From assembly GCF_009914755.1 (NCBI RefSeq), contig NC_060940.1: DNA of 64,000 bases. The stretch is one strand, 5' to 3'. The stretch's first letter is position 1; every line of letters starts with the position of its first letter. The stretch is from the human T2T-CHM13v2.0 reference genome, Homo sapiens. Positions 1 through 13,030 of the stretch are shown here, piece after piece. Under the pieces are notes generated by a model. That model saw only the letters and a list, made by a program, of their open reading frames with translations, made no database searches and was not told the DNA's origin. The position numbers and the translations under genes are program-made.

Positions 1-99
1 AAGAAACTTGTGTGACCTTGTGTGATCTTGAGGGGCAGGGAGAAGACCTTTAGCTCAGAACGGTGCAAAGAATTAACGCTGAGGACGAAGCCAGGGAGG

Positions 100-760
100 G
101 GAACCAGAGCCGGAGCTGGGCTAAGCCAGTTCCCACCTCCCATCTCGCAGCGCAGACCGGGGCTGGCTCCAGCCTCGCAGCGCGGACCAGGGCTGACCGT
201 GGCACAGCCTGTGGATCATCCACCAGGGGTGCCTGAGGGGACCGGTTTGGACGCAGCCCGTGGGGAGCTGGGCGCGCTCTTCTGGAGCTGGACGGCCTCC
301 AGGGTCCCCTCAGAGTGTCTCCGATGGGGAGGCTGGACACAGCGTCCCTGAACCAAGGGGGCAGTGCTCTCGTCACAGAGCAGAGGGCCGCACCGCCCGT
401 GTTTGTCTTTCCCATTGCAGCTTCTCAGGCCCTAGGCCAGGCCTCGTTCCCATCAGATAAAGCCTGGGGCGGCCGGACGCAGTACAAGCAATCGTGCCTG
501 ACTCACAGGAAGGGAGGAAAACAGGAATTCACGCAGAAGCTGTAATGTTCCCCCTTGGCCCTGGGAAGGGTGTGAAGGGATGTGCGGGGGGGCAGGCGGC
601 CGAGCGGGGTGGGGGCGGCTCTGCCCTTCCTCGCCCCCTTCCAGGTGCCTAGACTTGGGAAGGAGAGGGATGCCGCCAAGCTCGGGTCCTGCAGGGCCCC
701 GGCCTTCTGGTGTGGGATCTGGCTTGGGAAGGCCCGGCGCTGCGGCTGCTGCTGAAATTC
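100..760. promoter_or_regulatory. CpG-rich, GC-rich patch, candidate promoter/enhancer
   Basis: CpG visibly denser than background (cgcagcgc, cgcggacc, ggcgcgc, gcggccg), G-runs at 585-618, AP-1 TGACTCA near 499. No transcript evidence. Confidence 0.35.
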
Positions 761-1344
761 TTGAGACTGGTTGACAAGGGATCCCATGGTTTCATTTCGC
801 ACCGGGCCTCTCCAGGGATGGAGAGGGTCCTGACTGGCAGTGTCGAAGCCACGGGGTCTCTCCTTGGTCCCTGGCTCCCCTCACAGCCCTCCCTGCCCAT
901 GGAGCTCCGGGCTTCCGCACACATTTCTCTCCTTTTTAACGGCTCATTTCTTTGGGTTCAGCAGTACCTGGGTCCCCAGTGCCCTCCTTCTGAGGCTCTC
1001 TCCTTTGAGTGGCCACCCTCCCCCAACACACCTGGAGCGCGGAACTGGGAGTGCCGTGGACACCAGCCCTCCCTGGCCCAGAGCCTCTGCCTCTCCTGGG
1101 CCTCCCAAGAGTAAAACCTCTCCACGCCAGACCAGGCTGCAAACCTGGATTTGAAACCAGCGCTGTCGCACTCCTTGAACTGTATCAGGGGTTTTCAGTA
1201 GCGGGACGGGAACCAGAACCCAAAAGAGGCTCCTTCCTTGTCTTGAATTCCTCCCACCTGAGTTAGCATCTTGGAGGTCAACGTTTCAAGGAATTCAGTA
1301 TCTGAGAAGAGAAAGACACCAAACCGTGGTTCCCCATGAGGACT

Positions 1345-2521
1345 TGTTGCTGAAAAACACATCTAACTCCATACAATATTTGAAGAGAGTTATTCTGAGC
1401 CAGATGTGAGGAGCGTGACCCGTGACACAGCTCCAGGGGGTCCTGAGGACATGTGCCGCAGGGGGTTGGGCCACAGTGTGAGCTCATACACTATGGGGAC
1501 AGGAGGTTCAGGCAGAGTCAGTCAATACTTGACAGATGTGCGTTGGCTCTGCCCAGAAAGGCGGGATGACTTCAAGGTGAGGAGGGGCTTCCTGGTCACA
1601 GGTGGGTTCAAAGACTTTCTGATTAGCAATTGGTTGAGAGAGTTAAGTTATTATCTGATCACCTGGACTCAACAGAAAGGAGTGTCTGGATTAAGATAAG
1701 GGGTTGTGGAGACCAAAGTTCGTATTCTGTAGAAGAAATCTCATAGGGGACTGCCCTTCAAGGCAATAGATGGCAAATGTCTCCTATTGAGACCTTTGAA
1801 ATGTGCTAGATGCTAAGCCCATCTCTCCAGCATCAGAAAAAGCCCTGGAAAGGGAAGAGGATTCTCTACAGAATGTGGATTTTCCCCACAAGAGACAGCT
1901 TTGCGGGGCCGTTTAAAATTATGTCAAACACTCTATTCCTTCCAGGACCTGCTCCCTGTCATGTGATGTTATACTAGACTCGGGTTGGAATTTGGTGTCT
2001 TATTGCTACAAACAGCCTGTGCTGTCAGTCTTAAAGTCTCAGTTTTAATGTGAGTGCTGGTCAGCTGGGCCTGAATTCCATAGGGAGGCGGGTATAAAGA
2101 GACGTGTCCGACCCCCACTTCCCATCACAGCCTGAACTTGTTTTTCAGGTTTACTTTGGAATCCTCTTGGCTGAGAAGAGGGTTCCATTCAGTTGGTTGG
2201 GGAGCTTAGAGTTTTATTTTTGGGCTGGGCGCGGTATCTCACGCCTGTAATCCCAGCACTTTGGGAGGCTGAGGCAGGTGGATCACCTGAGGTCAGGAGT
2301 TCAAGACCAGCCTGGCCAACATGGCAAAACCCCATCTCTACTAAAAATACAAAAATTAGCCGGGCGTGGTGGGGGGTGCCTGTAAGCTCAGCTACTCTGG
2401 AGGCTGAGGCAAGAGAATCGCTTGAACCTGGGAGGCGGAGGTTGCTGTGAGCCGAGCTAGTGCCACTGCAGACACAGCGAGACTCTGTCTCAAAAAAAAA
2501 AAAAATTATATTTGGTTCACA
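1345..2521 (-). mobile_element. Solo LTR, MER4 family (ERV1), interrupted by an Alu
   Basis: TG...CA ends, 4-bp TSD GACT at 1341-1344 and 2522-2525. Reverse complement matches recalled MER4D/E consensus blocks. Confidence 0.8.
2223..2505 (+). mobile_element. AluS (Sx/Sz-like) inserted near the end of the MER4 LTR
   Basis: Dimeric Alu, ggctgggcgcgg...gaggtcaggagttcaagaccagcctggccaac, polyA tail, short deletion before the 3' end. Confidence 0.93.
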
Positions 2522-2579
2522 GACTTAAAAGAATCAGTGCTCTGCCAAGCAAACCAGCATCCCTCTAATTTTTTCTTAA

Positions 2580-3260
2580 TTAATAAACTATTTTTAAGAG
2601 CAGCTTTAGGTTTCAGAAAATAGAGCAGATAACAATTACCATATCCCTTCTCTCCATCCTCCCTTGCCCTCCAGTTCCACTACTGAGAACATTCTGTGGG
2701 TGCTGACAGATGAATCATGGCACACGATCCCCATTACAGTATCACAGAGCAGCTTCCTGGGCCCCTAAATCCTCCATGCTCCTGCCACGGACCCTCCCTG
2801 CCCTCCGTGCTCCTGCCACGCACCCTCCCTGCCCTCCTTGCTCCTGCCACGCACCCTCCCTGCCCTCCGTGCTCCTGCCACTCACCCTCCCTGCCCTCCG
2901 TGCTCCTGCCACTCACCCTCCCTGCCCTCCGTGCTCCTGCCACGCACCCTCCCTGCCCTCCTTGCTCCCGCCACTCACCCTCCCTGCACTCTGTGCTCCT
3001 GCCAGTCACCCTCTGCCCAGCCCCGGCAGCTGCTGATCTTTCTTGTTTTCATGGTTTTGCCTTTTCCTGAATGTCATGGAGTTGGAATCACACAGTATCC
3101 AGCCTTCTCCAATGGGCTTCTTCACCTAGCAGCACCTAAGACTCCTCCCTGCCTTTTCACAGCCTGGCAGTTCCTTTCTTTATAGCACTGAAAAATATTC
3201 CATTGTCTGGAGGGACCCCAGCTCATCCATTCACCTATGAAGGTATCTTGGTTTCTCCTA
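2580..3260 (-). mobile_element. L1MC-like 3' region, split by a minisatellite
   Basis: Homologous to the L1 at 20580-21700 in this window (e.g. ttttgccttttcc...atgtcat...agttggaa). Confidence 0.7.
2771..3017. repeat. 31-bp minisatellite, ~7.5 copies (TGCTCCTGCCACGCACCCTCCCTGCCCTCCG)
   Basis: Period 31 read directly (motif at 2793, 2824, 2855, 2886, 2917, 2948, 2979). Confidence 0.95.
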
Positions 3261-3577
3261 AGTTTCTGGAGATGATGAAATCCACCCTCTAATTTTCACC
3301 TGTTTCTCTGTGCTCCGCCCCTCCCAACTGGGAGCTCTGACGGGGAGGGGGATGCCCACGCTGCCATGTGGCCGGCAGCACCCACTCACCCTGTGTCTGC
3401 TGAACTGCATGGTAGGGAACAGAAGGGAGGCTGGAAGTTCCCCGTGGGAAGGGAGAGAGGAATGAGCCCTTCTGTCCCTCTGTCGGGTGGAGAGCCGCAC
3501 AAGTGACACACAGGGGTCCCTCCCTGATGCTGCTGGGAAGGAGGCAGGAGGAAGGGATGTCCCAAAGTGGGACGCAG

Positions 3578-3692
3578 AGACCCTAGATAGATAGACCCTA
3601 GGTAGACCCTAAATAGACCCTAGATAGATCCTAAATAGATAGACCCTGGATAGATAGACCCCAGATAGACTCTAGGTAGACCCGAGGTAGAC
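3578..3692. repeat. Degenerate ~12-bp tandem repeat (TAGACCCTAGA-like with extra TAGA units)
   Basis: accctagatagatagaccctaggtagaccctaaatag... Confidence 0.85.
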
Positions 3693-4655
3693 TGCCTGGG
3701 TCTTTCCAAGCCAACTTGAGGGCTTCCCTTAGGAGGCCACTGTCCAGGTCCTCTCTGGGTTGGAGACTGGGGTTTGCCAATCACCACTTAATTTAAACAC
3801 TTTAAAATGTATATATCTGAGAACATTCAGGACCAGAAGGCAGTGAAGTTGATAGCTTCCTATCAACCCTCTTAAAACCATGGAGATCCCAGCCTTCTCT
3901 GCAGGGAAGGGGGCAGAGCCCGGAACCTGACCCTGGGGCAGCCATGCCCTGTGATAATCCACCAGAGCCCAGCAGCCCACTGTCCTTGTTGAGAAGAGCA
4001 GGCGCCTCTGCTTTGTAGTGGAATCACTGCATACAGAACATGCTTCTGAAAGTTCCTGCCCCTCAGCCTTGTGGAGATCCGGCCTCCCTCCCTCCCATGG
4101 CCTTGGCTGTCTGCCCAGCTTCAGGAGATACAGTCCAGCCTCCTTGGTGACTGTGTGAGGCTGGGTGAGTCACTGCCCCCTTTCTGACCTTGTCTGATTC
4201 ATGGTAAAACGGGCTATGAGTAACTGGTTTAATCTTGCACATGAACTGGGATTGACTGGTAATGGCTGTCTGGAGTCTGGGTCTAGCTCTGTGTAGATTA
4301 GACATGTCTGCCATGGTGCGGGTGAGGGAGGTGGGGTTGTGCCGAAGTCTCTGCCATCGGCTATTCTCTGGGGTTTTTCTACTGGTCCTACTCGTTTTTG
4401 TTCATTTTATAATCCAGAGTTGTGAGTTGGGTAGATCAGCTGGGAAAAAATTGAAAAGTAGTTGTTTTAATTATTTCCCCTTTATGTGGTTAAAAAGAAG
4501 ATGAAGAAGATTCTTTAAGTTCTAGCATTGACTGTTGAAAGCCACTTATATAAAAGGTGCCAAGAACTACAGGATTCTTTCATCTACTGCTTTGCTTCAG
4601 GTGAGACTTGGAATATGATGGGATCAGGAATGGGTCTGAGTGCGAATTTTCATGA

Positions 4656-5020
<365 letters not shown>

Positions 5021-6248
5021 TAACAATCACTGTGGTCTCTTAATGACAGTGTTATCTTGCATGCCCAGAAATTTACATTATTTCCAGCTTGAAATTGCCC
5101 AGCTAGGTAGGTATTACAATCTGATGGTGGAAAAGCTCAGGCAGACCTGCCCAGGCCCCATTGGCGGTGGAGGGGCTGCTGCTCTGGCCTGTGCTCGGGG
5201 CCATCGATCCTCCTGCCCAGAGAAGAGCCAAACACCCATGCCCATTGGTGACTGACCCTGAGCCGGCGATGCTGGCTGCCTATGATGATTTAAGGGGGTG
5301 ATTCTCAAAGCCTGCTCTGTCCTGCCAGCCCCAATCAGCAGTGGGAGGTGCTCCCGGTCATTTCTGGAGGTCAGGACGTGTCTTCTCACACGGGTTTCTT
5401 TCACTTAGCCACAGTGTGGCCTGACCTTCAGAAATGAGTCACTTAAGGAGGAGTGGGAGGAAGTCCAGTCATTCCTCTAATAATCGTGTGATGGGGGAAG
5501 AGAGAGAGATTTGGAGGGAGGGAATGAGAGAGGCAGAGAAAGAGCATGGTGGGAGAGAGGCCACAGCTAGCAGCTGACAGTTGCCCAGGGCTGCGTGGGG
5601 AGGCTGGCCTTTCTGTATGGGATCGGTCACGGGCATGCTGACCGCCTGGCCTCAACACTGTGCCCACCAGGTGCAAGAATTGAAAAGGGAATGCACTAAT
5701 ATGCAGAACGTGGGGTCCACAGAGACGCAGATGCATCAACCAGAGAGCGAGAGAAGCGTCTCTGGAGCTGGGATAGGCCACTGTGTAAGATGCAAGGCTG
5801 GAGAGTGGGTATCTGCCAACCCCAGAGCCCTCAAAATAGGGGAAATTAACCGCTCCAGGTGGAAGGCAACTTAGGGATATTTTGGAGACAGGCACATCAC
5901 CACTGTCACCTGCAGCCACGGGCAACCGCGAGTTGGTTTGAAGGATGGTTGAAAAGAAAAGCCCCTTGTGATGGAAAAGTCCTTCCCGGCCCACTTCTCC
6001 TCCCCAGCTGACGCCAGGGACCCTCAGTGTGCCCCAGCCTGCACCGCCAGCCCTCTCTCAGTGGGGGTAAGAGACACACAAGCCACCTGCCACCGAGGCC
6101 CACCCCAGGGGCTGGGCGGAAACCCCATCTTCCTGCAGGCCCTGGCTGCCAGGAGGGCCGCCCACACCATGTCAGACGCTGCCTGGCAGGGCTCTGCCAT
6201 TGTCCCTGCTTGGTCACGGAGCAGCATGGGTTAAAAGTGCTATTGTTA

Positions 6249-6537
<289 letters not shown>

Positions 6538-7484
6538 CTATTGTCACATGAAAAGTTTATTTGTTGGGGACCTGTAAGGCTCAAGAGAATAAACCCAGAC
6601 TTGGTGGCAGCTCTGTTGGTGGCTGAGCTCTGGGGACAGTGCTCTCACTGGGGTGGGCTCAGGTGTCACCAGGGCCCAGGCGACAACTGGGGAGCCAGCA
6701 CTGAACCAGACACAGTGGTTGTCCCTCCCTTGCACTCATGACAGGCTCAGGGTCCTGGCAGGCGCTTGCAGAGCCCACTGGCAGGGAGTGTTGACATCCG
6801 GTCCCCACCCATCCCGATCACACCACTGATGTCATCACCTTGTACCCCTGGGATGCTTCATGGCCTCTCCACCATGCACACTGGAACATGGGGAGAAGGA
6901 TGCCATGTCTGAGGTGGTATGAGATGACAAGGAGCATGCTTGGGGCCGGTGGAACAACGTGCTCCCAGCTGCCCCTGCCCTTCAGGGTGAGGGACCTGCT
7001 CCAGCAAGTTCAGGGCCCCGTGGAGACTCAGCCTGGAGAGGAGAGGCTCAAGGGCTCCTCCCGGAGTTCTGGGAATGTGTGGGAGATGGGGGCACCCTGC
7101 AGCTGGAAGGCGCTGTTTCCCGCTGCTGTGCAGACAGGATGGGAGGAAGGGGGTTCATGCCGTACCCAGGGAATTTGGCGAGACTGTTAAAGGCTGAGCA
7201 AGGAGCTCATGAGGCTTTGGTGGGGCTGGCATGGGTCCCCCAACCCTGGACGTCGCAGACAGCACCACCTGCAGGTGGCCCAAGCCATCCTTCAGGAAAG
7301 GCACTCGAGCCCAGCGCTCTGCAACCGGCTCTAGTGGTCAAGGGTGAGGAGCCTGGAGCCCCACACTGGGCCCTAAGGTTCAAGGGCTTCTCATCAGCGG
7401 CTTCTCATCCGTCTCACCCTGGTCTGCAGCTTCTTCTCTAAATGCATTTTCAAAATTCAAAATGCATTCAAAATTCTTCAACAA

Positions 7485-7797
7485 TGCATTTCTGCACAGC
7501 TCTGGAGGCCAGAGTCCGAGTCAGGGTGCCGGCAAGGCTGGCTCTTCTGAGGCCTCTCCCTGGCTTGTCGAGGCCGCCTTCTCCTTGTGACCTCACTTGG
7601 CCATCCCTCTGTGCATCTATGTCCTAATCTTCTCCTAGAAGGACACCAGGCAGATTGGACTGGGGCCCACCCAGATGACCTCATGCTACCTGAGTCACCT
7701 CTCTAAGCCTGTCTCCAAATACGGTCACATTCTTAGGCCCTGGGGGTTAGGACTTCTACATGTGCACTTTGGGAGGACCTAGTTCAGCCCAGAGCAG
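7485..7797 (-). mobile_element. MLT1 (MLT1B-like, ERVL-MaLR) LTR fragment
   Basis: tctccaaatacggtcacattct...gggggttaggacttc...gttcagccc matches the reverse of the recalled MLT1B consensus. Confidence 0.75.
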
Positions 7798-8805
7798 ATG
7801 GGAGGAAGCTCCAGCCTGACCACCGCCCCCTTTCCCAGGCAGGGTCCTAGGCAGCAGCGGGTTGAAGGTCAGCCTGGTTCCCACAGCGAGGATGCTAGCC
7901 ATTGCCTGAAAGCATGAGGCATCTCCGGCACATGGGGCTTGGCACTGTCTCTAAAGCCCAGGGTGTTTACACATTCCTGTCATGGAGGGGAAAACCCAAG
8001 GAGCAGCAGCCTGGAGCACGCATTCACCCCTGCCTGCCAGGGCTTCGGAAGGAGCTAGCTGGGAAACCATGAGTCAAGGAAAATCCTTTATGGAATGAAC
8101 AAAAACAAAAGGAACAGAAGCCTTTGACTCAGCTCACCGAACCCCACAGGGAGACACTGATGCGGTGGGGGATGTCTACCCGCCTAGTGTCTCCAAACTC
8201 ACTGCTGGCCAGCCCGGGTATTCTGCATCCCCTGGGCCCACTTTCCGCTGCTTTATCATCACTGCTCATGACAGGGCTCAGCAAGTGGCTCACGAGGCTG
8301 GAAGACAGTGAATTGTCCTTGGCTGGTGGCCAGCTCATAAGCTCCTCATGTGACCACCATAGAATGGCACCCACCTGAGATAGTCAGTGTTGGTCCATTG
8401 GTCACCAGTGCTGACAGATCCGTTCACAGCCTGACAGCACTCACTCTAAGCCTGCTCAGTCATGGATGCCTGTACCACTGAGCTCTTCCATGGTCATACC
8501 AGTAGGATCCAGTCCCTGTCTACAAGAGGGTTCTGGCCACAGTTGGGATGTAAGATATACCCACCCCTTCTGGAAGTTTCCTCAGATTCTCCAGGCACAG
8601 AGCGTCCATCAGTTGTGTTCACATTTGGCACTTGTCCCCTCCTCTGTAGTCATCTGCTGATGGACCTCCCCAAGACTGCATTTCTCAAGGACAAGCGAAC
8701 TTGGGTTCCCAGGCGAGCAGAGGGAGTAGAGCATCTCCTTCAACCCCATGGTCCCTGCATGTACGTTAGCAGGTGGTCCAGAGGAGATGCCTCCTCTGTG
8801 CTGTT

Positions 8806-9070
8806 TGGATGGATGGGTGGGTGGATGGGTAGATGGATGGGTAGATGGGTGGACAGATGGGTGGATGGATGGATAAATGGGTGGATGGGTGGATAGATGG
8901 GTGGATGGAAGGGTGGATGAATAGATGGATGGATGCAAGGATGGATGGATAAAGGAATTGGGTGAATAGATGAATAGGTGGATGCATTGATGGAAGGATG
9001 GATGGGTGCATGGATGGATGGTTGGATGCATGGGTGGATGAGTGGACAGGTGAACTGATGGCTGGCTGGA

Positions 9071-9123
<53 letters not shown>

Positions 9124-9910
9124 GTATGTGTGGATGGATGGATGGATGGATGAGTCAATGAGTGAATGGATGGATGTACGTATGGGTGAGTGCACGGATC
9201 ATCGGTGGATGGGTGAATGGATGAGTGCATGGATGGATGAATGGATGGATGGATAGGTAGATGGCTGAATGGGTGGGTGGGTGGATGGATGGATGGATGG
9301 ATGGGTGCATGGGTGGATGGGTGGATGTGTGGATGGACAGATAGGTGGGTAGGTGGATGGATGGGTGGATACATGCATTTATGCATGCATGGATGGGTGG
9401 GTGGGGGTTTGGGAGGGTGAATGCATACATGGATGGGTGAATGGATGGATGGATGAATGACTGGATGGGTGAGTGGATGGTTGGATGGATGGGTGGATGA
9501 GTGGGTTAGTGGATGGGTGAATGGGTGGATGGATGGATGGGTGGATGGGTGAATGCATGGGTGGATGGATGGATGGATGGATGGATGGATGGATGGATAG
9601 GTGGATAGATGGATGGATGGGTGGAAGGATGGGTGGGTGGATACATTGATGAGTGGGTGGATGCATGTATTCGTGGATGGATGGATCAGTGAATTGATGG
9701 ATGGGCAGGTGCATGGCTGGATGGGTGGATGGATGCATGGATGGATGGATGGATGGATGTGTGGGTGTCTAGGCAGATGGATGTATAAGTGAAAGGATGG
9801 GTTAGTAGATGCATGAATGCATGGATTAGTAGATGGGTGGGTAAATGGGTTTATGGATGGATAGATGAATTGATGGGTGGATGGGTAAGTGGATGAGTGG
9901 GTGGATGGGT
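8806..9910. repeat. Degenerate (TGGA/TGGG)n tract with embedded (TA)~21 at 9074-9116
   Basis: Direct reading. Confidence 0.97.
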
Positions 9911-11387
9911 AGCTAAACAGAGGTATGGCTGGGTAAGCATAAAACAGTCACCTAAGTTTGACAACTGGTGCATATTATATGCCCAGTGGCATGGCTCAGA
10001 AAGTTTATGATTTAGGAAAGCAGAAAAACTTATGGTCCCCAGGAGATGTGGAACTTGGTGCCAATGACAAGAAGAGACCCTCTGAAGTAGTGCACAACCC
10101 TGGGACACCAATATATCACTGCTAAAAGGAAGACCATGAACTGATCAGAAGACCCATCGGAAGACTAGGCCTTGTCCTACAGTCCCAGCACTCCTGAGCA
10201 GCAGGACACACCCGTAGGGCAAAGGAATTTTGTTTCCGAGGGAAGGAGCATTTGGTCTCTGTGGACCCTTCATCAAGGGTCATGTTGCTATGAGGGAGGG
10301 GAGGAAAGAGGGGGTGTGTTCTGAGGGGATCAAGTCCTTCCTGATGAAGATGTCTCAGCAGAGGTACAGTCATGTGAGCCTGGTGCAGCCTTGCTGCAGC
10401 ATGAGGAACTTAGGACCGATGTAGTAAGGACTTCGGGCTATGAGGATGATTAAGTAGAGGAGGAGGCTGTGACTCAGTCCTGCAGGCTGTGGGAGCAGAG
10501 CTGTTTCTCATGGTCTGCTGCTTGCTGGAGTCTGGCTCCAGAACAGTTGGAGAGAGGATGCGTAGGCTCTTGGCCTCTCCCTCCTGGACCGTCCTCCCGC
10601 AGCCGCTGTGAGACTCAGCAGGGCTGAAGTTCACTGCTGTCATCTCCCTCTGTGGGTCCTGGAGATGAGCCCTGAGGCTGGGAGGTCAGCTGCCCAGGAG
10701 AAATCCAAGGCTGACAGGCAACAGTCGCCTCTGAGCTTTCCCAGATGAGTCACCACGTGACGGTCACCTTCCTCATCCTCCACAAGCCCAAATCCCGAAG
10801 AGGGGAATTCTCATCCCCAAGTGTCCTTCTCCCCCTTGCCTACAGAGCTCATGAGTCAAGACTCCCCGGCCTATTTTTAGGCCATTTCTTCAGATCACAC
10901 GGTGGGCAGGGTTTGTTTACTCTGGATCAGAGCTGCTCTGGGAACTCTCCATGCAGCCACCAGACACTAGAACAAAGACCAGTGAGGAAGGATGACTGAA
11001 GTCCAGACATTGAGCGTGCCTGGTGTGTGTCCCGGTGACAAAGGCAGCCGAACAGACCACAGGGACTGGGGCTGGAGCAGTACATAGCCCGGGGACATCC
11101 TCCTGCCTGGCTCAGCAGCTGGAATGGTTGCTTTGGCTCATCCAACAAAAGCAGAGAGGACGCATCCGCCTGGGCGCCATGCAAAGTTTATTGGACACAG
11201 GAAGGTCAGCCAGTGCTCAAAGGGCTTCCCTCATGCAGCCATCAGCTCTGGCCCCAAGCCCCTGGAGGGCCTCATTCATTTATTCTTTGCTCCCCATGAT
11301 GTTCTGAGAGCAAGCCAAGGGCAGGAGCTCCGCCTTGCCCATGTTCATAACCCCAACTCTACCACCAGAAAAGACTCAGTAAAGTCT

Positions 11388-11640
11388 GTGTTCATTCACT
11401 TACTCATGTTTTCATTCATTTATTCATCCCTTCTGTATTTAACATTTGCTGTGCACCTGATGTGTCAGGTACCAGTTCCATCTTCAGGAAACTTTACCCA
11501 GGAGAGTGGCAGAAACAGGTGTGATAAGCGTCATAGTGGGGGAGCAAAGGAGCTGGGGGACCAGGAACCCCATCTCAGAGCAAGCCAAGTAAGGATTCCC
11601 AGATGAGGGGAGAATTTGTTGAAGGACCTGTAGGCATCAA
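11388..11640 (-). mobile_element. L2 3' end fragment
   Basis: ttcattcatttattcat...aacatttgctgtgcacctgatgtgtcagg, typical L2 tail. Highly diverged. Confidence 0.5.
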
Positions 11641-11677
11641 TCAGGCATGGAGACGGGTAGGAGGAGGCTGTCTTGGC

Positions 11678-11861
11678 ACACTCGTTCTCACACTTCAGCC
11701 TGCATTAGAATCGCCAAGAGCGCTTGCTAAAACACAGATCACTGGCACCAACCCAGAATTTTTGATTCGTAGGTCAAAGTGAAGCCCAGGAATTTACATT
11801 TTCAACAAGTTTTAGTGATGCTGATCTGCAGGTACAGGGACCACACTTTGAGAACCACCGC
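11678..11861. mobile_element. MER5A (hAT-Charlie DNA transposon)
   Basis: tgcattagaatc...ttgctaaaacacagat...gggaccacactttgagaaccac. Confidence 0.8.
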
Positions 11862-11896
11862 TTTAGGGAGCAGGAGCAGCAAGGGCAAAGGTAAAG

Positions 11897-13030
11897 AGGT
11901 GACTGTGAGTGAGTGAGTGAATGAGTGAGTGAATCAGTGAGTGAGTGAGGGAGGGAATAAATGAGTGAATGAGGGAGTGAATGGTGAATGAGTGAGTGAA
12001 TGGTGAATGAGTGAGTGAATGAGCAAGTGAATGAGTGAGTGAATGAATGAGTGAGTGAATGAGTGAATGAGTCAATCAGTGAAGGAGTGAGTGAGTGAAT
12101 GAGTAAGTGAATGAATGAATGAGTGAATAAGCGAGTGAATGAGTGAATGAATGAATGAGTGAGTGAATGAGTGAATCAATGAGTGAGTGAATGAGTGAAT
12201 GAGTGAATGAATGAGTGAGTGATTGAGTGAGTGACTGAGTGAGTGAATGACTGAGTGAACGAGTGAGTGAATGATTGAATGAGTGAGTGAATGAGTGGAT
12301 GAGTGAGTTAGTGAATGAGTGAATCGTGAATGACTGAGTGAATGAGTGAGTGAATCAGCGAGTGAATGAGTGAGGGAATAAGTGAGTGAATGAGGGAGTG
12401 AATGGTGAATGAGTGAAGGAACAAGTGAAAGAGTGAGTGAGTAAATGAGTGAGCGAGTGAATGAGTGAGTGAGTGAATGAGTGAGTGAATGGTGAATGAG
12501 TGAATGAGTGAGTGAATGAGTGAGTGAATGAATGAGTGAGTGAATGAATGAGTCAATCAGTAAATAAGTGAGTGAGTGAATAAGTGAATGAATGAATGAG
12601 TGAATAAGTGAGTGAATGAGTGAATGAATGAATGAGTGAGTGAATGAGTGAATGAATCAGTGAGTGAGGGAATGAGTGAGTGAGTGAATGAGTGAGTGAG
12701 TGAATGAGTGAGTGAGTGAATGAGTGAATGAATGAGTGACTGAGTGAGTGACTGAGTGAGTGAATGACTGAGTGAACGAGTGAGTGAGTGAATGTTTGAT
12801 TGAATGAGTGAGAGTGAATGAGTGGATGAGTGAGTGAGTGAATGAGTGAATCGTGAATGACTGAATGAGTGAGTGAGTGAGTGAATGAGTGAGTCAATGA
12901 GCGAGTGAGTGAGTCAATGAGTGAGTGAATGAGTCAGTGAGTGAATGAGTCAGTGAATGAGGGAGTGAGTAAATGAGTGAATGAGTGAGTGAGTGAGTGA
13001 ATGAGTGAGTGAGTGTATGAATGAGTGACT
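11897..13030. repeat. (GAGT/GAAT)n compound microsatellite
   Basis: Direct reading, with an internal block duplication. Confidence 0.97.
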
